Source: Candidatus Daviesbacteria bacterium RIFCSPHIGHO2_01_FULL_40_11 (GTDB lineage: Bacteria > Patescibacteriota > Microgenomatia > Daviesbacterales > UBA10151). From it: a stretch of DNA of 41,115 nucleotides. Positions 36,118 to 41,115 of this stretch are shown here, piece after piece (positions within the stretch are counted from its first letter, which is position 1; every line of letters begins with the position of its first letter). The position numbers were made by a program, and so were the translations under genes. The stretch is from NCBI GenBank assembly GCA_001776635.1, contig MFCP01000040.1, positions 12,552 to 53,666 of the forward strand, in the 5' to 3' direction. The notes under the pieces are model-generated. The model was given only the letters and a program-made list of their open reading frames with translations. It did no database searches and was not told the origin of the DNA.

Positions 36118-38100
36118 TCAAGCAGCAATTTTCTTATCCTCTCCTTTGGGTTTGGTCCAGGAAGCGAACTTACAAACCGGCCAGTTTTTGCAGCCGTAAA
36201 AAGTTTTACCCCTTTTGGTATGCCTAACTATAATTTCTCCACCATCATCCGGACATTTGACATTAATTTTTTCTTCTAAGCTCTCCGTATGTTTGCAATC
36301 AGGAAACCCTGAGCAGGCCAAAAATTTTCCAAATTTGCCTATTCTGATAATTAATTCCTTCCCGCACTGCGGACACTTTTTCCCGGCCAACTGCACTTCC
36401 ATCTTGACTTTTTTAGCCACCTTTTCGGTTTCTTCTAACTTTTTTTCAAAGGGTTCATAAAACGAACTAATTGTCGGTCTCCATTCCCTTTCTCCCCTCG
36501 CTATCTCATCCAGTTCGTCTTCCATTCTGGCTGTAAAAGAATAATCGATAATGTCTGAAAAATATTTCACCAGAAATTCAATCACAGCTATTCCTAAAGC
36601 GGTTGGAATGAATTTCCGATTTTCCTTTTCCACATAGAATCTTTCTTGGATTGTGGAAAGTATGGGAGCATAAGTTGAGGGTCTACCAATCCCTAACTCT
36701 TCCAGTTTTTTAATTAAAGAAGCTTCATTATATCTGGGAGGAGGTTCTGTAAAATGCTGACCCGGTAAAAGTTGGACCAGATTCAGAGGTTGTGTCTTAA
36801 GAAGTTTAGGTAAAGCTTGTTTCTTTTCATCTCCCTCTTCTTCCACCTCTTTTCCATATAGCTTTAACCAACCATCAAACTTAACCACGCTTCCGGTTGC
36901 ACGGAGAAGGTAACTGTCGGCTGTTACATCAATCGTAGTTTGATCCATCACCGCCTCATTCATCTGGCAAGCCACAAACCTCTTCCAAATCAAATCATAA
37001 AGCCGGACATGATCCTTATTCAAACCTGAAACCTGTCTGACGACTGACGACTGACGACTGACATCTGTTACTCTGATCGCCTCATGCGCCTCTTGGACAT
37101 TTTTGGATTTAGATTTAAAAATTCTGGCTACAGTTGGCAAATAAGCTTTGCCTATGAAACTTTCAATATAGCTTCTCACTGCCCCGATGGCTTGGACAGA
37201 CAAATTAACAGAATCCGTTCTCATGTAAGTAATAAGACCATGTTCATACAGTGCCTGGGCTAACATCATGGTTTTCTTGGCAGACATCCCCAGCTTATTA
37301 GCTGCTGCCTGCTGCAAGGTTGAAGTTGTAAAAGGAGGGTAAGGGAAACGACGGACTTCTTTTTTTGTAACTTTGGAAACTCGATACTCCGATTTTTCCA
37401 GGTTTTTAACATGCCCATCCGCCTCTTCTTTATTTTTAATCTCCAGTTTTTTCCCATCTTTTTCTATTAAAGTTGCAAGAAAGGAATCCGAGCCGGCAGG
37501 ACCCGCGGGAGATAACTCTACCTCTATAATCCAATATTCTTCTGTCTTAAAAGCAGCAATCTCTTTTTCCCGCTCAACTATCAAACGCAAGGCAACCGAC
37601 TGCACCCTCCCGGCAGACAACCCCCTTTTGACTTTTTCCCAAAGCAAGGGAGACAGTTTATACCCTACTAATCTATCCAACACTCTTCTGGCCTGCTGAG
37701 CATCTACCAGCTTGAGATTGATATCCCGAGGAACCTCAAAAGCCTTCTTTATTGCTTCTTCTGTAATTTCATGAAAAACTACCCTATGAATATTGGAGTC
37801 TTTATCTCCCAATATCTGCGCTATATGCCAGGCTATCGCCTCACCTTCACGGTCCGGATCTGTAGCCAGCCAAAGAGTATCCGCTTCCCCTGCCACTTTC
37901 TTTAGTTCATTAACTCTTTTCTTTTTATCACGGGGAATAATATATTTGGGCTCAAAATTTTTGCTCACATCCACCCCAAAATCACTTTTAGGCAAGTCTC
38001 TCACATGTCCCATTGAAGCCTCAATTTGATATTTATCACCCAGAAACTTTTGCAGCGTCCGGGCTTTAGTAGGTGATTCCACAATTACTAAATTATTCAT
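36118..38100 (-). CDS. topA: DNA topoisomerase I
   Basis: IVESPTKA, ATDPDREGEAI, SAGRVQS, ITYMRTDS, GIGRPSTYA, two C-terminal zinc ribbons. Confidence 0.98.
   Translation of the reverse strand: MNNLVIVESPTKARTLQKFLGDKYQIEASMGHVRDLPKSDFGVDVSKNFEPKYIIPRDKKKRVNELKKVAGEADTLWLATDPDREGEAIAWHIAQILGDKDSNIHRVVFHEITEEAIKKAFEVPRDINLKLVDAQQARRVLDRLVGYKLSPLLWEKVKRGLSAGRVQSVALRLIVEREKEIAAFKTEEYWIIEVELSPAGPAGSDSFLATLIEKDGKKLEIKNKEEADGHVKNLEKSEYRVSKVTKKEVRRFPYPPFTTSTLQQAAANKLGMSAKKTMMLAQALYEHGLITYMRTDSVNLSVQAIGAVRSYIESFIGKAYLPTVARIFKSKSKNVQEAHEAIRVTDVSRQSSVVRQVSGLNKDHVRLYDLIWKRFVACQMNEAVMDQTTIDVTADSYLLRATGSVVKFDGWLKLYGKEVEEEGDEKKQALPKLLKTQPLNLVQLLPGQHFTEPPPRYNEASLIKKLEELGIGRPSTYAPILSTIQERFYVEKENRKFIPTALGIAVIEFLVKYFSDIIDYSFTARMEDELDEIARGEREWRPTISSFYEPFEKKLEETEKVAKKVKMEVQLAGKKCPQCGKELIIRIGKFGKFLACSGFPDCKHTESLEEKINVKCPDDGGEIIVRHTKRGKTFYGCKNWPVCKFASWTKPKGEDKKIAA
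37022..37064. repeat. In-frame heptamer tandem repeats within topA
   Basis: aaacctg aaacctg t ctgacga ctgacga ctgacga ctgacat; encodes DVSRQSSVVRQVSG. Confidence 0.8.
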
Positions 38101-38143
38101 ATCTTACTTAATTAACTCTCGGATATTGTACAGAAGATGTCAA

Positions 38144-38170
38144 GATACGATCATGATAACTGATTGTATC
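38144..38170. other. Intergenic hairpin upstream of topA
   Basis: GATACGATCA-N7-TGATTGTATC. Confidence 0.4.
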
Positions 38171-38173
38171 AAG

Positions 38174-38440
38174 TTATTCTTCAAAATCACTATCACTCAC
38201 TTGCGGGTTCACAGAATCCAATTCTTTTTGTAAATCAGTACTGCTGTCATATTTAATTTCTTTTGGAGGGTTATAGGAAGGAGTTAATGGAGCAGGCGAA
38301 GATTGTTGTACTCCGGCTTGAAGTCCAATCTGCTTAGGGATCGGACTGATAAGCGAATCATTTCTCCTGATGACAAAAAACACTACTATTACTCCTAAAA
38401 TTGTCAACAGAATTATTAAAAATATTTTCCCTTTACTCAT
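38174..38440 (-). CDS. Small membrane-anchored hypothetical protein
   Basis: N-terminal TM helix, P/S-rich tail. Confidence 0.7.
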   Translation of the reverse strand: MSKGKIFLIILLTILGVIVVFFVIRRNDSLISPIPKQIGLQAGVQQSSPAPLTPSYNPPKEIKYDSSTDLQKELDSVNPQVSDSDFEE

Positions 38441-38813
38441 CCAGAGCCTTTCTCACCTCACCCTTAGCTTTGAGGATTTTATTTTTTAAAACTTCTAAAC
38501 TGCTTCGAAGCTGCGCTTTTGAGGAATATTTTTGGGCCCGCTGGTATGCTAGTGCTTCGGCGGCATAAGTAATCTGGTAATCAGCGCTTTTAATCTGTGT
38601 ATCCACCCCTCCAAAAGCCACCCTGGTTTCCGTGATCCCCTTTCTTCTCCTCAGTTCCTCCATAATTGCCGCCAGTTTAGTTACATCTTCCTCAAACCTG
38701 TCACAAACTTTTTGATTAATTTGGTATAAAGAATCTGTTGATGGAGTTACTGCAAAAACGCTAACCGGTAGAAAAACTGCCAACATCCCGAGGAGGAAAA
38801 TTATTTTCTTCAT
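38433..38813 (-). CDS. Secreted helical hypothetical protein
   Basis: Sec signal peptide MKKIIFLL...VFA; TGtTATGCT 6 nt before ATG. Confidence 0.7.
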   Translation of the reverse strand: MKKIIFLLGMLAVFLPVSVFAVTPSTDSLYQINQKVCDRFEEDVTKLAAIMEELRRRKGITETRVAFGGVDTQIKSADYQITYAAEALAYQRAQKYSSKAQLRSSLEVLKNKILKAKGEVRKALDE

Positions 38814-38843
38814 CTCTCTAGCATAACATTTTTAGAGGATAAA

Positions 38844-39419
38844 TTATGCCGGTCCGCCAGCTCCCGCTTCTCTTCTTTCCCTTAATCCTCTGATATATGC
38901 AGGTACCCCTCCCAGCACACCTATCGCACCGAGGATAATCATCGGTACACCAGCAGCCACCGAAACTATATTTCCTAGTCGGGACAATATAAGTGGAGTT
39001 TGCTGTTTCAGCTTTGTTGCATAGCTATTTCTCTCGCTCTTTAGTGTCATTATAGCCATGTCCTGAGCCGCTTCTTCACTGTTTAATCCTGCACTAATTT
39101 GGCTTAAGGCGCTAATCCTCCGTTTTAAGTCTTCAACATCAACAAGATTAAGGTCTCGATTCCATTCTGCACCTGTCACCTCCTTTATCTGAGCACCCAC
39201 ATTGAATCTTCGCACAGCAGCATTCACTGCTTCATCTGACAATGGTCCCTTTGCCTGATCTACTTGCCTATTAATCTGTTGTTCATAATCCACTATACCT
39301 GTAACCCCTGTATAAGTTGCTCCTGTTCCCACTAGAAGAACCAAACCGGCTGTTGTAACCATGTTTCGAGGCCGACCTATCCAATGCAGAAAGGGCTTAA
39401 TTTTTGCTTCAGCGCTCAT
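38844..39419 (-). CDS. Hypothetical membrane protein (two TM segments)
   Basis: Hydrophobic segments near both ends with a helical middle. Confidence 0.6.
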   Translation of the reverse strand: MSAEAKIKPFLHWIGRPRNMVTTAGLVLLVGTGATYTGVTGIVDYEQQINRQVDQAKGPLSDEAVNAAVRRFNVGAQIKEVTGAEWNRDLNLVDVEDLKRRISALSQISAGLNSEEAAQDMAIMTLKSERNSYATKLKQQTPLILSRLGNIVSVAAGVPMIILGAIGVLGGVPAYIRGLRERREAGAGGPA

Positions 39420-39448
39420 TTGATAATCTTATAGCACAGATATTTAAG

Positions 39449-41083
39449 TTATGCAACCGATAGTAGATCTACTCCTGCCTTAAATGCTTGTCCTTTTGTA
39501 AGTTGGTTTTGCAAAATTAATTTGGAAAGTTTGGCTTCCAGGGTGTCTTGCATTAAGCGGCGCATCGGTCGGGCTCCCAGCACCGGGTCAAATCCCCTTT
39601 TGGCAAATTCTGCCACCAGGGCAGGATCAAATTCCACCAAAAAACCTTTTTCCTTCATCTGTTTTTGCAAAGAAGTTAGTTTAATCTTCACAATCTTTTG
39701 CAGATCCTCCGGTGATAACGGCTTAAATAGCACTACATCATCAAATCTATTAATAAGTTCCGGCTTAAAAATCTTCAAGAGTTCCTCGTTGATCCCTTTT
39801 TCTATCTGTTCCAAGGTCCGACCCTGCTTTAAACCTTCAGCAATAATTAGCGATCCGGCATTTGAAGTAGCAATAATAATAGTATTGGTAAAATCTATTG
39901 TCCTTCCATCCGCATCAGTTAACCTCCCGTCCTCCAAAACTTGCAAAAACAAAGTTAAAATCTTCGGGTCTGCTTTTTCAAACTCATCCAAAAGCAGTAA
40001 AGCGTAAGGGCGCTGCCTGACAGCTTCTGTTAATTGCCCTTCTTGTCCCGACCCACCGATTAACCGGCTCACCGATTCACTGCTCTGGTACTCAGACATA
40101 TCAAATCTGATAAAAGCACCTTCTGTTTTGAAATATACCTCTGACAATGTCTTAGCGAGTTCTGTTTTACCGACTCCAGTAGGACCCACAAATAGGAAAG
40201 ACCCAATCGGCCTGGCTTCTTCACGAAGGCCGGTGGCGCTGCGCCTTAGAGCATCGGCCACAGTTTTGACTGCTTGTTCCTGGTCTATCAACCTTTGATG
40301 TATTTCATCCTCCAAATTGAGCAGTTTATTCTTATCGGTGTTGTCAACTTCCATCAGAGGAACCTTAACTCTGGCAGAAATCACTCTCCTAATTACCTCC
40401 TTCGTCACCCATCCGTTTAAGGGTTGTGTTAAAGCTTCCTTTAAAACGCTTATGGCACTGTCAGGCAAAACGCGGTCGTGAATCAGTTTTTGAGAAAGCG
40501 CCACTGCAGTCTTGATGGCGACAAAAGTCATCTTAACCTTACTCTTCCTCTCGGCTTCTATGGCCCGATCTTCTAAAATCTTTAGAGTATCATCTTCGGT
40601 GGCTGGAGACAGTTCAACTTTACGGAATAATCTGGCAAAAGAACTGTTTTTTTCTAAAATCCGGCTGTAATTTTCCGCTTCAGTGGTACCGATAAACTGG
40701 AAACTATCCGACTCTAAATAGGGCTGCATTAGGGAATATAGATTCAAACTGGTTCCTACCTCTCCCATCCCTAGCTCATGAATCTCTTCTATGACAATAA
40801 TGATATTTTGGGCAAGCCCCACTTCCTCAAAGATCGCCTTCACCCGTTCTGCCAAGTCCCCCTGGGTTTTGATCCCTGATAAAAGCTTTGTTAAATCCAA
40901 TAAAACTATTCTTTTAGTAGCCAAGGCTTCCGGCGCATCTCCGGTCACTATTTGTTTGGCCAAATATCGCAAAGTGGCTGTTTTCCCGGAACCCGGAGGC
41001 CCTACTAAAATGACACTCCTACCGCCCTCTTGGGATAAAATGTTTATGATTTCCTTCAAAACCCCATTGTCTCTGACCAAATC
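39449..41083 (-). CDS. ClpA/ClpB/ClpC-family double-ring AAA+ ATPase, 5' truncated
   Basis: GPPGSGKT, DRVLPDSAI, FLFVGPTGVGKTELAK, RFDMSEY, LLDEFEKA, GARPMRR; no middle coiled coil. Confidence 0.9.
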   Translation of the reverse strand, partial: DLVRDNGVLKEIINILSQEGGRSVILVGPPGSGKTATLRYLAKQIVTGDAPEALATKRIVLLDLTKLLSGIKTQGDLAERVKAIFEEVGLAQNIIIVIEEIHELGMGEVGTSLNLYSLMQPYLESDSFQFIGTTEAENYSRILEKNSSFARLFRKVELSPATEDDTLKILEDRAIEAERKSKVKMTFVAIKTAVALSQKLIHDRVLPDSAISVLKEALTQPLNGWVTKEVIRRVISARVKVPLMEVDNTDKNKLLNLEDEIHQRLIDQEQAVKTVADALRRSATGLREEARPIGSFLFVGPTGVGKTELAKTLSEVYFKTEGAFIRFDMSEYQSSESVSRLIGGSGQEGQLTEAVRQRPYALLLLDEFEKADPKILTLFLQVLEDGRLTDADGRTIDFTNTIIIATSNAGSLIIAEGLKQGRTLEQIEKGINEELLKIFKPELINRFDDVVLFKPLSPEDLQKIVKIKLTSLQKQMKEKGFLVEFDPALVAEFAKRGFDPVLGARPMRRLMQDTLEAKLSKLILQNQLTKGQAFKAGVDLLSVA

Positions 41084-41115
41084 GGCGGTAGGAGTGTCAT
41101 TTTAGTAGGGCCTCC

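Noticed and set aside
37485-37512. GC-rich patch in topA (SPAGPAGS) as another inserted palindrome
   Set aside because: Too short and imperfect to distinguish from ordinary loop coding sequence.
55-41105. Numerous 60-170 aa ORFs antisense to or nested in identified genes
   Set aside because: They fully overlap confident housekeeping genes and show no motifs; treated as shadow ORFs.

Overview
Housekeeping-rich, mostly minus-strand chromosomal segment of a small-genome bacterium. It is probably Patescibacteria/CPR, Microgenomates-like; this is inferred from the short EF-Ts, trigger factor without a PPIase domain, short ProRS, a DUF5667-like protein, many leaderless-type promoters and interspersed ORFans. 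Translation and replication genes: cysS, proS, rpsB, tsf, frr, rpsU, tig, dnaX, recR, topA, ybeY. One-carbon and pyrimidine genes: glyA, folD, folA, thyA, dcd, a dUTPase-like paralog, cmk, tmk, pyrG. There is also a DapL-type lysine cluster (lysC, dapB, dapA, asd, dapL, lysA; no dapF in the window) and a twice-frameshifted hom. No rRNA, tRNA, CRISPR array, transposase or integrase was seen. The most unusual signal is non-coding. (1) A family of ~140-nt branched, covarying hairpin elements with repeated tandem GA/GA(A) internal loops, all with the same strand polarity and abutting stop codons (18968, 21772, 22497), plus an 18-nt joined-ends copy (18481). (2) Heptamer-repeat arrays, both intergenic and in frame inside gdhA, dnaX and topA. 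(3) A REP-like palindrome translated within dnaX. (4) An NYN nuclease gene bracketed by hairpins, with a possible convergent small RNA. The last 32 nt are a perfect fold-back of nearby sequence and are probably an assembly artefact.
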